Shown: positions 53,045-64,000 of the stretch, piece by piece
How the letters are laid out: every line of letters begins with the position of its first letter
Position numbering within the stretch: position 1 is the stretch's first letter
Source of the DNA: an uncultured Acidimicrobiia bacterium
GTDB lineage: Bacteria; Actinomycetota; Acidimicrobiia; Acidimicrobiales; AC-14
DNA length: 64,000 bases
Direction: 5' to 3'
Assembly (NCBI GenBank): GCA_963836205.1
Contig: CAWIIV010000014.1
Location: forward strand, 192,001 to 256,000
Program-made: the position numbers and the translations under genes
The notes under the pieces: model-generated
Told to the model about the DNA's origin: nothing
The model's input: the letters and a program-made list of their open reading frames with translations, nothing else
The model's database searches: none

Positions 53045-53677
53045 GTGACCGATCCGGCACTCACCGAGCGCCAGCGGGGGATCCTCGACTGCATCGTGTC
53101 CCACACGCGTGACCACGGCTACCCCCCGTCGGTACGCGAGATCGGCGAGACGGTGGGGCTCACGTCCACGTCCACCGTCCACGCCCACCTGGCCACCCTC
53201 CAGCGGCTGGGCTACCTCCGGCGCGATCCCACCAAGCCCCGGGCCATCGAGGTCCGCTACGACGCCGACTCGGCCACGCCCATCGAGCACCGCCCCGTCC
53301 GCCACGTGCCCCTGGTGGGCGACGTGGCCGCCGGCACCGACGTGCTGGCCCAGGAGAACGCGGAGGAGGCGTTCCCCGTCCCCGCCGACTGGACCGGCGA
53401 CGGCCCCGTCTTCATGCTCCGGGTGCGGGGCGAGTCGATGATCGACGCCGGGATCCTGCCCGGCGACTACGTCGTCGCCCGCCAGCAGAAGGAGGCGGCC
53501 AAGGGCGACCTGGTCGTGGCCGGTATCCCCGGCGAGGAGGCGACGGTCAAGACCTACAGCCGCAAGGGCGACAAGGTCGTGCTCCTGCCGGCCAACGCCG
53601 CCTTCGAACCCATCGAGCTCGACGCCAACGACGTCGCCATCTACGGCAAGGTCGTCACGGTCATGCGCCGGGTCTGA
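53045..53677 (+). CDS. lexA: SOS repressor LexA
   Basis: LTERQ, GYPPSVREI, cleavage site VAAG, GESM (Ser), ATVK (Lys). Confidence 0.97.
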   Translation: MTDPALTERQRGILDCIVSHTRDHGYPPSVREIGETVGLTSTSTVHAHLATLQRLGYLRRDPTKPRAIEVRYDADSATPIEHRPVRHVPLVGDVAAGTDVLAQENAEEAFPVPADWTGDGPVFMLRVRGESMIDAGILPGDYVVARQQKEAAKGDLVVAGIPGEEATVKTYSRKGDKVVLLPANAAFEPIELDANDVAIYGKVVTVMRRV

Positions 53678-53719
53678 CGGGCGCCGGGGCGGCCGCTTCG
53701 CTCGCCATTTCCGTGGCTG

Positions 53720-53768
53720 TCTTGGGCATGAAAAGGGGTGCTACGCGCACCTTTTCGTGCCCACGAAC
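53720..53768. repeat. Palindromic element family B, copy 2
   Basis: tcttgggcatgaaaaggggtgctacgcgcaccttttcgtgcccacgaac between convergent lexA and the S8 protease gene. Confidence 0.75.
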
Positions 53769-55046
53769 TCAGCGGCGGTAGGAGACGGCGGGGGTGAGGC
53801 GGCGTTGGGTCCACACCGCGGCCACGGCGACGGCGACGGTGAGCAGCAGGCCGACGGCGACGCTGGTCGGTAACGGGCCGAGGCCGGGTGGCGGCTTCAG
53901 GGGAGCGGCGGTGCTGGCAGCCAGGCCGGCCGGCTCCGCGGGCGCCACCCGGGAGGCGGCGGGGGCGACGGGGGTGGTGGTCGTCGTCGGCGCCAACACG
54001 ACAGTCGTCGGAGCGGCGACGGTGGTCGGCGGGGAGATCTTTTCCACCGGCGCCACGGTCGTCGTCGCCGAGGCAGCAGCCGCGCCCGACGCGACCCCGA
54101 CGTTCAGCCGGCCCTGGCAGCCGGTACCGCACGACACCCGGTCGAGCGTGGCCAGGAGCTTGGCCACCGCCGCCGACGGGCTCAGGCCCTGGGCCAGCAG
54201 CAGCGCCAGCGCCCCGGAGACGTGGGGCGCCGCCATCGAGGTCCCCGCCGACGAGGCGTAGCCGCCTCCCGTCACGGTGGAGATGACGTTGTTGTCGGGA
54301 CCGGGCTGGCCCGACCCCCCGGGGGCCACCAGGCCCCACTTGGCGTTGCCGATGGCACTCGAATACGACGCCACCGCCCCGGTGCGGTCGGTGGCGCCGA
54401 CGACGAGGGCGTTCAGCGTGCCGTAGTTCTCGGTGCTGACCCCGCCGTAGTTGCCGGCGGCCAGCACCGGCACCGCCCCCTTGCTCCAGGCGTAGTCGAT
54501 GCCCGCCCGCAGGGGCGATCCGCCGAGGGACGTGAAGGCCTTGGGGTCGCCCAGGCTGATGTTCACCACCCGGGCGCCGCGGTCGACGGCCCAGCGGATC
54601 CCGAGGTTGATGTCCTCCGCCCGCCCCGCCCCACCCGGCCCGAGGACCTTGGCCACCACCAGGCGGGCGTCGGGCGCGACCCCCGCCACACCCCGTCCGT
54701 TGCCGGTGCCGGCCGCGGCCACCCCGGCGATGAGGGTGCCGTGGCCGTCGGCGTCGGTGTTCCCCAGGCCCTCGACGCAGGCCAGCCGGTTGTGGCAGTC
54801 GGCGGTGAAGGCCACCTTGCCGGCCAGGTCGGGATGGCTGGCCTCCACGCCGGAGTCGACGATGCCGATGACGGCCCCCGCCCCCCTCGTCACTGTCCAG
54901 GCCCGGGGCGCCCCGATCTGCTCGAGGGCCCACTGGCGATCGAAGAAGGGGTCGTCGCTGGCCCTCGCCGGCGCCGGCAGGGCGACGACGGCCGCCAGCG
55001 CGACGACCACGCCGACGAATCCCCCCAGCCTCCGGAGCGGCACCAA
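53769..55046 (-). CDS. Secreted membrane-anchored subtilase (S8)
   Basis: Signal peptide; catalytic IVDSG, GHGT, GTSMAAPH; Thr/Pro linker and C-terminal TM helix. Confidence 0.92.
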   Translation of the reverse strand: MVPLRRLGGFVGVVVALAAVVALPAPARASDDPFFDRQWALEQIGAPRAWTVTRGAGAVIGIVDSGVEASHPDLAGKVAFTADCHNRLACVEGLGNTDADGHGTLIAGVAAAGTGNGRGVAGVAPDARLVVAKVLGPGGAGRAEDINLGIRWAVDRGARVVNISLGDPKAFTSLGGSPLRAGIDYAWSKGAVPVLAAGNYGGVSTENYGTLNALVVGATDRTGAVASYSSAIGNAKWGLVAPGGSGQPGPDNNVISTVTGGGYASSAGTSMAAPHVSGALALLLAQGLSPSAAVAKLLATLDRVSCGTGCQGRLNVGVASGAAAASATTTVAPVEKISPPTTVAAPTTVVLAPTTTTTPVAPAASRVAPAEPAGLAASTAAPLKPPPGLGPLPTSVAVGLLLTVAVAVAAVWTQRRLTPAVSYRR

Positions 55047-55093
55047 CCGTTCATCGGCTCAGCCCAGGGCCGACTTGAGGCCCAGCAGGTCAC

Positions 55094-56137
55094 TCAGCCC
55101 AGAAGCTGGTGCAGTACCGAATGCACCTTCTCCAGGTCGGCCCGGGTCACCCGCTCGTCGGCGGCGTGGGCCACGTTGGGGTCGCCGGGGCCGAAGTTGG
55201 TGGCGGGCACGCCCCGGGACGCGAAGCGGGCCACGTCGGTCCAACCCAGCTTGGCCCGGGGCGGACCGCCGCTCGCCTCCACCAGCGACTTCAGCAGGGG
55301 GTGGCCGAGACCGGGCGGGGCCGCCTCCGCGAAGTCGACCATCTCGAAGTCGTCCACGTCGCCCACGATCTCCCGCAGGCCGGCCTCGGCCTCCTCCGGC
55401 GTGCGGTCGGGGGCGAAGCGATGGTTGAGGACGACGCGGGCCCGGTCGGGCACCACGTTGCCGGCCACGCCGCCCTCGATCCCGACGGCCGACAGCGCCT
55501 CGAGGAACAGGCACCCGTCGATCTCGACCCGGCGCCCCCCGAAGGCGGCGACCGCGGCCAGCACCGGTCCGAGGCGATGGATGGCGTTGACCCCCAGCCA
55601 CGGCCGGGCCGAGTGGGCCCGCACGCCGGTCTGGGTGACGACCACCCGCATCGTCCCCTGGCAGCCGGCCTCCACCATGGCCCCGGTGGGCTCGGCCAGG
55701 ATGGCGGCGTCGGCCACCACCAGGTCGGGACGCTCCCGGAACAGGCGCTCGATCCCGTTGTACTTGGAGTCGATCTCCTCGCACTCGTAGAACACGTAGG
55801 TCACGTCGACCGCGGGCTCGGGGACGGTGAGGGCCAGCTCGAGCATCACCGCCAGCCCGCTCTTCATGTCGCACGACCCGAGGCCCCAGAGGACGTCGCC
55901 GTCGATGCGGGCCCGCTGGTTGTCGTTGGGGGGGACGGTGTCGGTGTGGCCCCCGATGAGCAGCCGCTGCGGCCGCCCGAGGTGGGTGCGGGCGACGAGG
56001 TTCTCGCCCACCCGGGTGACGTCGAGCCAGGGGGCGGCCGCCAGCCGGGCGGCCAGGTGGTCGGTGATGGCCAGCTCGTCGTGGCTCACCGACGGGATGT
56101 CGACCAGCTCGGCGGTGAGCTCGATCAAATCGGACAT
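55094..56137 (-). CDS. dapE: Succinyl-diaminopimelate desuccinylase
   Basis: GHTDTVP, GSCDMKSG, CEE, AHSARPW.G.NAIH, GWTDVARF, GPGDP..AH. Confidence 0.94.
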   Translation of the reverse strand: MSDLIELTAELVDIPSVSHDELAITDHLAARLAAAPWLDVTRVGENLVARTHLGRPQRLLIGGHTDTVPPNDNQRARIDGDVLWGLGSCDMKSGLAVMLELALTVPEPAVDVTYVFYECEEIDSKYNGIERLFRERPDLVVADAAILAEPTGAMVEAGCQGTMRVVVTQTGVRAHSARPWLGVNAIHRLGPVLAAVAAFGGRRVEIDGCLFLEALSAVGIEGGVAGNVVPDRARVVLNHRFAPDRTPEEAEAGLREIVGDVDDFEMVDFAEAAPPGLGHPLLKSLVEASGGPPRAKLGWTDVARFASRGVPATNFGPGDPNVAHAADERVTRADLEKVHSVLHQLLG

Positions 56138-56167
56138 TGGGAGGTCGGCGCTCGAGCCGGCCGGTCA

Positions 56168-56998
<831 letters not shown>

Positions 56999-57059
56999 CG
57001 GCGGAGCCTACCGGCCGCCTACCGGGCGACCGGCGCCCGCCGGGCCCGGACCGGCCGGA

Positions 57060-57236
57060 TCAGTCGTCCTCGACCTTGTTCACGTGGGACTCGTGGGTGC
57101 GGATCTCCCCGCCGTTCTCGCCGAGGGCCACCGTCAGCTCGTCGCCGATGATGTCCTTGTCGACGATCACACCCCACCGACCGTTGAAGTCGCCCTCGGT
57201 GATGATCACCGTGTCGCCCTTCTTGAAGCGCGTCAT
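57060..57236 (-). CDS. 58-aa stand-alone KOW-domain protein (not in the ORF track)
   Basis: Manual translation MTRFKKGDTVIITEGDFNGRWGVIVDKDIIGDELTVALGENGGEIRTHESHVNKVEDD; KOW motif; strongly GC3-biased codons. Confidence 0.82.
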   Translation of the reverse strand: MTRFKKGDTVIITEGDFNGRWGVIVDKDIIGDELTVALGENGGEIRTHESHVNKVEDD

Positions 57237-57306
57237 CCCGCCATCTTGGCACCCGGCCGAGGGTCATGATGGGCCGGTGGGAGGTGGACGCAAGAGGAGG
57301 ACCCGA

Positions 57307-58239
57307 ATGGCGGCCGCGACAGCGGCTGCGACCATCGCGCTCCTCTTCGCCGGCGGCTGCGGCGGGTCGTCGCCACCGGCCGCGCCGACGACGGCCACCA
57401 CAAGCCCGGCCACCACGGCCGCCGCCCGGCTGGCGTTCGGCCCGCCCGTGCTGCGGGGCGAGATTGCCGACGAGGACGTCGCCGAGAGCAGCGGACTGGT
57501 CGCGTCCCGCCGCCACCCCGGGCGGCTGTGGACCCACAACGACTCCGACCAACCCCCGGTGCTCTTCTGCGTCGAGCCCGACGGCGGGTCGTGCGGGGGA
57601 TGGACGGTCGCCGGTGCCGCCAACCGCGACTGGGAGGACATCGCCGCCGGCCCCGGCCCCGATCCCGCCGAGCACTACCTGTACGTCGCCGACATCGGCG
57701 ACAACACCCTGTCCCGGGACGAGCTGGTGGTCTACCGGGTGGCGGAGCCGACCGTGCCGGCGGCCGGCACCCCCGCAGCAGGGGCAGCCGGCGGCGGCAC
57801 CACGGCCCCCGCCACCGCCATCCGCCTGCGCTACGACGACGGGCGCCACAACGCCGAGAGCCTGATCGTCCACCCGACCACCGGCGACATCTACATCGTC
57901 GTCAAGGACGTCGGCGACTCCGGGGTCTACCGGGCCGGCGCCGGCGACGGCGTCCTCAGCCGGGTCGGCACCGTCGGGCTGGGCCTGTTCGGCCTGGCCA
58001 CGGGGGCCGACATCTCCCCCGACGGCCGGCGGGTGGCCCTCTGCACGCTCGGCGGCGGCTTCGAGCTCACCCTCGACCCCGGGGCCCCCTTCGACTCCAT
58101 CTGGGACCGCCGACCGGCGGCGGTGACCCTTCCCGGCCTCGCGCAGGTGGAGGGCATCGCCTACCGCCTCGACGGCGACGCCCTCCTCGTCACCAGCGAG
58201 GGCTACCCGTCACCCCTGTACGAGATCCCCCGCCTGTAG
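57307..58239 (+). CDS. Exported beta-propeller-like lipoprotein
   Basis: AGAGGAGG RBS; lipobox AGGC; ESSGL, WTHNDS, DWEDIA, ADIGDN, TGADISPDG, TSEG. Confidence 0.8.
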   Translation: MAAATAAATIALLFAGGCGGSSPPAAPTTATTSPATTAAARLAFGPPVLRGEIADEDVAESSGLVASRRHPGRLWTHNDSDQPPVLFCVEPDGGSCGGWTVAGAANRDWEDIAAGPGPDPAEHYLYVADIGDNTLSRDELVVYRVAEPTVPAAGTPAAGAAGGGTTAPATAIRLRYDDGRHNAESLIVHPTTGDIYIVVKDVGDSGVYRAGAGDGVLSRVGTVGLGLFGLATGADISPDGRRVALCTLGGGFELTLDPGAPFDSIWDRRPAAVTLPGLAQVEGIAYRLDGDALLVTSEGYPSPLYEIPRL

Positions 58240-58246
58240 TGGTAGC

Positions 58247-61200
58247 TCAGGTATGGGCGCTCTCGCGGAGGGCCTTGACCGACTCCGCCACCCGGTAGAG
58301 GGCGGCGTAGAGGCCCTCCATGTCGGCCGGCAGCGATTCGAGGGCCCGCAGCCGGTCGTTGAAGTCCTGGAGCAGGGCGCTGGCGCTGGCCAACGACGCC
58401 TGGTGGTTGGCCGCCACCTCCTCCGACGTGCGGGTGACGTCGCGGAGGGCGTCGTCGACCGTCCGGGGAAGGGACTCGAGGTGGCCGATGCGGCCGTCGA
58501 GCTCGGTCAGGCGGGCCGCGCCCGTGGCGGTGATGTCGGTGCGCACCCGCTCGATCTCGCCCCGGACGTCGACCAGGGCCTCGCGCAGCGGGTCGATCTG
58601 GTCGCGGAGGCCATCGACCTGCTCCTCCCGCTGGCGGGCGGCGTCGGCCAGGCGCTCGATGTCGCGGGTGAGACCGTCGAGGTTGGCCGGCAGGCTCTCC
58701 AGCGTCTGCACCCGGTGGGCGACGCTGTCGAGGGTCTCGTTGGAGTCGCCGAGGGCCCGGCTCACGGCCTGGGCCAGCTTCTCGATCTCGGTGGACACCC
58801 GTTCGACCTCGGTGGGGATGCCTTCGACGGCCCGCATCCGGGCCCACAGGCCGCTGACCTGCTCGGTGGTGTAGATGCGCTCGTCCTCGATCCGCTCCCG
58901 CAGGTCGCCCAGGGAGTCGCGGACGCCGGAGATGGTGGCCTCGAAGCCGGCCGAGCGGTCCTCGTGGTCGGTGGCCAGGGCCGTGACCCGGCCCAGCTCC
59001 CGGTAGAGGGCGTCGAGGTCGCTGGTGACCGATTCCAGGCCGGCCATGCGCCGGCGCAGGTCGAGCTCGGTGTTCTGGCCCTGGTTGGCCACCCGCTCCA
59101 GTTCGGCCCGCAGGTCGGCGAGGGCGTTGTCGACCGCCAGCTGGCGCTCGAACACGTCGCCCTGGCGATCGTCGCGGGCGGCGGTGGCCTCCGCCACCCG
59201 CTCGAAGTCGCGGTACATGCCCTCGATGTCGGCCGGCAGGCTCTCCAGCATGCGCAGGCGGCCGGCCAGCCCGAGCTGCTCGGTGGTGGCGGCCAGGGCC
59301 GCCTGCTGGGCGCTCCCCGCCTCCTCCGCCACCCGCTGCAGCTCCTGGCCCAGCTCGGCCACCTGCTCGACCAGCAGCTCGAGCGAGCCCACCCGGTCGG
59401 CGACGCCGTCGACACGGTCGGAGACACCGCTGAGCACGCCCTGCTGGGCCACCATGACCTCGCCCGCCAGGCGGTCGAAGCCCTGGCGCAGGTTGGCCAC
59501 CGAGATCTCCAGCGGCGTGGTGCGGTCGGCGATCTGGGCCAGCGCACTGTCGCGGGACAGGGTCAGCTCGGCCACCCGGTCGAGCTCCCGGTACATGCCC
59601 TCGATGTCGGACGTGAGCGCGGCCATGGCCGCCAGCCGCTCGTCGACCCCGTTGACCCGCTCGCCCACCATGTCGAGGCGCTCCTCGGCCAGGTCGACGC
59701 GCTCGCCGACCACGTCGATGCGCCCGCCGACACTGCCGATGTCGGACGCCACCCCCTCCATGCGCCGGTTGACCTGGTCGTCGATCGTGTCGAAGTGGGC
59801 CAGGAGCTGCTCGTCGGCCGCGTGCAGGCGGCGGAGGACATCCTCCTCGACCACTCGAGGCGGTGGGTGACGTCGACCTCGACGGTGCCGAGGCGGCCGG
59901 TGATGTCGCCTTCGAGGGCGTCGAGGCGGCCGGTGATGTACTGCTCGTCGGCGTCGAAGCGGGCCGCGGGAGACGGGTGGACGCCCCGGGCGTCGAGCAG
60001 CTCCTGGCGGGCGGCAACCACCGCGTCCTCCAGCGGCCGCAGCCGGTCGATGATCTCGGCCAGCACCCCCTGGCCGTCGGACAGGTGGCCCGACAGGCGG
60101 TCGACCTCCCGGTAGATCCCGTCGAGGTCGGAGGGGATCGCCTCCACCCCCTGGAGGCGCTGGTCGAGGGCGGTGACGTGGTTGAAGATCTCGGTGCGGA
60201 CGGCGTGGTTGGTGGCCGCCGACTCGTCGGCCACCCGGTCGAGCTCGCGCCGCAGCTCGTGGAGGGCGCCCTCGAGGGGTGCGGTGCGCCCGGCCACGTG
60301 GGCCATGGCCGCCTGCTGGTTGGTGAGCAGGTCGTGGGTGACCTTCTCCATCTCGTCCCGCAGCTCGCGGACCGCGCCTTCGAGCAACGCGCTGCGCAGC
60401 GCGGCCCGGGCCAGCTCGGCGAAGTCGGCGGCGCCGGACACCTCGGTGGCGTACCGGTCGAGCTCCCCCCGGACGTCGTGGGCGTCCCGTGTCTCCAGGG
60501 CCGTCACCCGGTCGCTGGTGCGGGTGAGGTCGGCGTTGCGGGCCTGCACCTCACCGGTGAGCCACACGAACTCGCGGCGGAAGCTGTCGATGCCGGCGGT
60601 GGCCCGGGCCGTGGCCTGCTCCCGGGCCTCCAGCACCGCCAGCCGGCTGGAGACCGACGCCACCTGGTCGGTGGCCTGGCGCAGCGCCTGCTCGCAGGCC
60701 TGGACCTCGCCCGCGACCCACAACAGCCCCCGGCGCAGGCTCTCGGGGTCGGAGGGACTGGAGGCCAGCGCCCGCAGCCGGGTGGCGATGTCGCCTTCGC
60801 GCTCGGGCGTCGGCCCGTACGACGGGGGTCGTTGACTGTCGGACACGAGCACCTCCGGCTGACCGGACCCCCGGCCCGGCAGCGGGCTCGGCGGCGGTTC
60901 TGACAGGGGGACGCCCGGGGCCGAGACGATCGGCTGGGAGGCGGCCTGGGACGGCTGCGCCGGTGAGTGCGGCGGCGGCGGGGCGGGCGGCGATCCCGAC
61001 CCCGCCGGAGCCGACGGCGACGGAGATGGGGACCGGGACGGGACTGCGGGATCGGGAAGGCCTTCGCCCGGGGCGGGCCACTCATCCCCGCCGCCGCCTC
61101 CTCCGCGGGAGGCTGTTGCGACCGGCGTGGATGACGGTGCCGGAGCCGGTTTCGGGGCCGACCGGGGCGCGGTGGCGGTGGCGGTAGCGGTGGCCGTGCC

Positions 61201-61530
61201 GCCCGCGGCGGCGGCTGTGGCGGCCCTGGGCACCGCCGGTTCCGCCGGGCGGCCGGGGACGGGCTGGGCCGGCCGCACCCGTGGGGGCGACACCGGTTGC
61301 GCGGGGCTTGTTGCGACGGCGAGCTGGGCTGCCGCCGCGGCCCGGCCGGGATCGGCCTTGGTGCGGGGACCGGTACTGATGGCCGCCGACCCGCGGTCCC
61401 AGACCTCCTGGCAGCCCCGAAATAGCCCCCCGCACTCCTGGCCGCACTTGGCACACGTGCAGGATGCATCGCCGGCGACCATGACCGCCTTGCACCCGGG
61501 GCAAATCTGGATGCCGAATTCGTAACACCA
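58247..61530 (-). CDS. Large protein: Cys-rich head, Pro/Ala linker, long repetitive coiled-coil (frameshift near 59855; start uncertain)
   Basis: ORFs 59563-61482 and 58247-59854 join at THRLE|VVEED and share the LESLPADIEGMYRELDRVAE motif; the reading frame extends upstream to CYEFG. Confidence 0.75.
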
Positions 61531-61634
61531 ACCGATGGGCCAACCCTACCGCCCGATCTGCGAGGGGTACAACGCATCGCCACGGGGAGTGGGCGACGGA
61601 CCGCGGTCCAGGCGGCAGGGTGTCCCTCCCCGCC

Positions 61635-62771
61635 TCAGGCGGTTCCCGTGACCCCTTCCGGCGCGCCCCGCAGGCGGTCGGCCACCAGTTGCAGGCGGTC
61701 CATGGGCTGCACCAGCGCGACCCGTACATAGCCTTCACCGGCGGTGCCATACAGGTCACCGGGGGCAACCAGGACGCCTCCCCATTTGGCCAGCCAGGCG
61801 GTGAGCGCCCACGCGTCTCCGCCGGGCGCGGCGGCCCACAGATAGAACGAACCCGCGGGCGCGTCGGCGTGGGCGCCCACCTCCGCCAGCACCCGGCGGA
61901 AGAACGCGAGGCGCTCGGCGTACCGGTCCCGCTGGGCGTCGACGTGGGCATCGTCGCCCAGCGCCACCGTCGCCGCCGCCTGCACCGGCCCCGGCACCAT
62001 GGCCCCGGAGTGCTTGCGGACCTCCGACAGGAAGTGCACCAGGTCGGCGTCGCCGGCGTAGAAGCCGGCCCGCAGCCCGGCCAGGTTCGACCGCTTCGAC
62101 AGCGAGTGCACGGCCAGCACCCCCTCGGCGCCGTGCTCGAGGATGGTGCGGGGCCGGTCGGTCCACGTGAACTCCACGTAGCACTCGTCGCTCAGCACCG
62201 GCACCCCATGGGCCCGGCCCCAGGCCGCGGCCGCCCCCAGGTCGGTGAGCCGGCCCGTGGGGTTGCCGGGCGTGTTCACCCACAGGCACAGGGCCCGGGC
62301 GGCGTCGTCGGGGTCGATGGCGTCGAATCGCCCGCCCTCCACGTCGACCGCCACCGCCCGGCAGCCGGCGAGGGTGGCCCCCATCTCGTAGGACGGGTAC
62401 GACACGGCCGGGTAAAGGACGGTGTCGCGACCCGGGTCCCGCAGGTGCAGCCACTGGGGCAGGGCCGTGACCAGCTCTTTCGTCCCGATGCAGGCGGCGA
62501 TGTCGGTGACCGGCACGTCGACCCCGAGCCGCCGCCGCATCCAGCCCGCGGCCGCCTCCCGGAAGGCGGGGGTGCCCACCGACGACGGGTAGCCCCGCTC
62601 CGCCCCCGACGAGGCCAGGGCGGCCACGACCTCCGCCGGGGGGGCGTCGCACGGGGTGCCGATGGACAGGTCGACCAGGCCGCCCTCGTGCCCCGCGGCC
62701 AGGGGCTTGAGCCGGTCGAGGCGGTCGTACGGGTAGGGCGGCGGCTGGAACCCGGGGGGGCTGACCGTCAC
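61635..62771 (-). CDS. dapC: Succinyldiaminopimelate aminotransferase (class I/II PLP)
   Basis: VDLSIGTP.D, NTPGNPTG, SDECY, HSLSKRSNLAG.RAGF; near dapD/dapE. Confidence 0.88.
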   Translation of the reverse strand: MTVSPPGFQPPPYPYDRLDRLKPLAAGHEGGLVDLSIGTPCDAPPAEVVAALASSGAERGYPSSVGTPAFREAAAGWMRRRLGVDVPVTDIAACIGTKELVTALPQWLHLRDPGRDTVLYPAVSYPSYEMGATLAGCRAVAVDVEGGRFDAIDPDDAARALCLWVNTPGNPTGRLTDLGAAAAWGRAHGVPVLSDECYVEFTWTDRPRTILEHGAEGVLAVHSLSKRSNLAGLRAGFYAGDADLVHFLSEVRKHSGAMVPGPVQAAATVALGDDAHVDAQRDRYAERLAFFRRVLAEVGAHADAPAGSFYLWAAAPGGDAWALTAWLAKWGGVLVAPGDLYGTAGEGYVRVALVQPMDRLQLVADRLRGAPEGVTGTA

Positions 62772-64000
62772 GCCAGGAAATCCACGTAGCGGTTGACCTC
62801 GGGGTCGGGGAGGCGGACCCGCAGGCGGGTGGCGTCGTCCTCGTGGTGCTCCGATAGCACCTCGCCCTGGCGGTGGAGAGCGGCCACCACGTCGCCCCGC
62901 TCGTAGGGGACGAGCATCTCCACCGTGCGGGACAGCAGCCGCAGCCGCTCCCCCACCGCGTCGAGCAGCCCTTCGATCCCCTCGCCGGTGACGGCCGACA
63001 GGGCGACCGAGCCGGGGTGGCGGTCGAGCAGGCGCTTGACCTCGTCGCCCGCCAGATCGGCCTTGTTGAACGCCACCAGCACCGGCACCTCGTCGGCCCC
63101 GATCTCCCGCAGGACGGTGTCGACCGCCGCCATCTGCGCCTCCGGGTTGGCCGCCGAGGCGTCGACCACGTGGACCAGGAGGTCGGCCTCGGCCACCTCC
63201 TCCAACGTCGAGCGGAAGGCCTCCACCAGCTGCGTCGGCAGCTTGCGCACGAATCCCACGGTGTCGGAGAGGAGCACCCGTTCCCCGCCGGGCAGGTCGA
63301 GGCGGCGGGTGGCGGGGTCGACGGTGGCGAACAGGCGGTCCTCCACCAGCACCCCGGCGTCGGTGAGGCGGTTGAGGAGGGTGGACTTCCCGGCATTGGT
63401 GTAGCCGACGATGGCCACCGTCTGCAGCCGGGAACGGGTGCGGGCCTTGCGCTGCGTCCGCCGGTTCTTGGTGAGCACCTTGAGGTCGGACTCGAGCTTG
63501 CTGATCCGCCGGAGCAGGCGCCGGCGGTCGATCTCCAGTTTCGTCTCACCGCCGCCGAAGCGGGTGCCGATGCCGCCCGACTGCTGGCTCAGGCCCTTGC
63601 CCTTCCCCCGCAGCCGGGGCAGCCGGTAGCGGAGCATGGCCAGCTCCACCTGGGCTTTTCCCTCCTGGCTGTGGGCGTGCTGACCGAAGATGTCGAGTAT
63701 TACCGCGGTGCGATCGATGGCGGTGCGGCCCAGGATCTTCTCCAGGTTGCGGCTCTGGGCCGGGGTCAGCTCCTCGTCGAAGACGACCGTGTCGGTGTCG
63801 TACTGGTACGACAGCTCCCGCAGCTCCTCGGCCTTGCCCTTGCCCACGAACGTGGCCGGGTCGGGCGCGTCCCGGCGTTGGAGGACGCGGTCGACCTCGT
63901 CGGCGCCGGCGGTGTCGACCAGGGCCGACAGCTCGTCGAGCGACGCCTCGGCGTCGTCGAGGGAGGCGGGGGGGACGGCGACGCCGACGAGGAGGATGCG
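62768..64000 (-). CDS. hflX: GTPase HflX (5' end outside the window)
   Basis: ILDIF.QHA.S.EGK.QVELA, GETKLE.DRR, GYTNAGKST, DTVGF, NKAD. Confidence 0.96.
   Translation of the reverse strand, partial: RILLVGVAVPPASLDDAEASLDELSALVDTAGADEVDRVLQRRDAPDPATFVGKGKAEELRELSYQYDTDTVVFDEELTPAQSRNLEKILGRTAIDRTAVILDIFGQHAHSQEGKAQVELAMLRYRLPRLRGKGKGLSQQSGGIGTRFGGGETKLEIDRRRLLRRISKLESDLKVLTKNRRTQRKARTRSRLQTVAIVGYTNAGKSTLLNRLTDAGVLVEDRLFATVDPATRRLDLPGGERVLLSDTVGFVRKLPTQLVEAFRSTLEEVAEADLLVHVVDASAANPEAQMAAVDTVLREIGADEVPVLVAFNKADLAGDEVKRLLDRHPGSVALSAVTGEGIEGLLDAVGERLRLLSRTVEMLVPYERGDVVAALHRQGEVLSEHHEDDATRLRVRLPDPEVNRYVDFLA

Overview
A very GC-rich actinobacterial chromosome segment; gene order and style suggest Acidimicrobiia, which is an inference. 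Core blocks: the tail of an ABC-ATPase/methyltransferase/double-FabF cluster; a pyrimidine operon (pyrR-B-C-carA-carB-pyrD-pyrF) with a PyrR binding loop and attenuator; the conserved alaS-ruvX-mltG-aroE-aroCKBQ-pepQ-efp-nusB run; rarA/tlpA/ccdA; lexA-LysM-nrdR-nrdJ with SOS and NrdR boxes; and dapC/dapD/dapE-hflX. Most notable: (1) a 47-48 bp palindromic REP-like element with six copies, two of them in-frame in the apparent N-termini of CarA and AroQ; (2) a class II ribonucleotide reductase with two LAGLIDADG inteins and an 11-bp-phased DnaA-box-like array upstream; (3) a divergent 4-TM FtsH-like protease downstream of a sortase-anchored surface protein and a lipoprotein; (4) a ~1090-aa protein with an 8-Cys head and a novel repeating coiled-coil; (5) a 58-aa stand-alone KOW protein missed by the ORF track; (6) a DHp-only histidine-kinase fragment next to a single-domain receiver. 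At least seven small frameshifts, several in G/C runs, point to long-read assembly errors rather than pseudogenes. All calls come from manual motif reading; no database searches were run.
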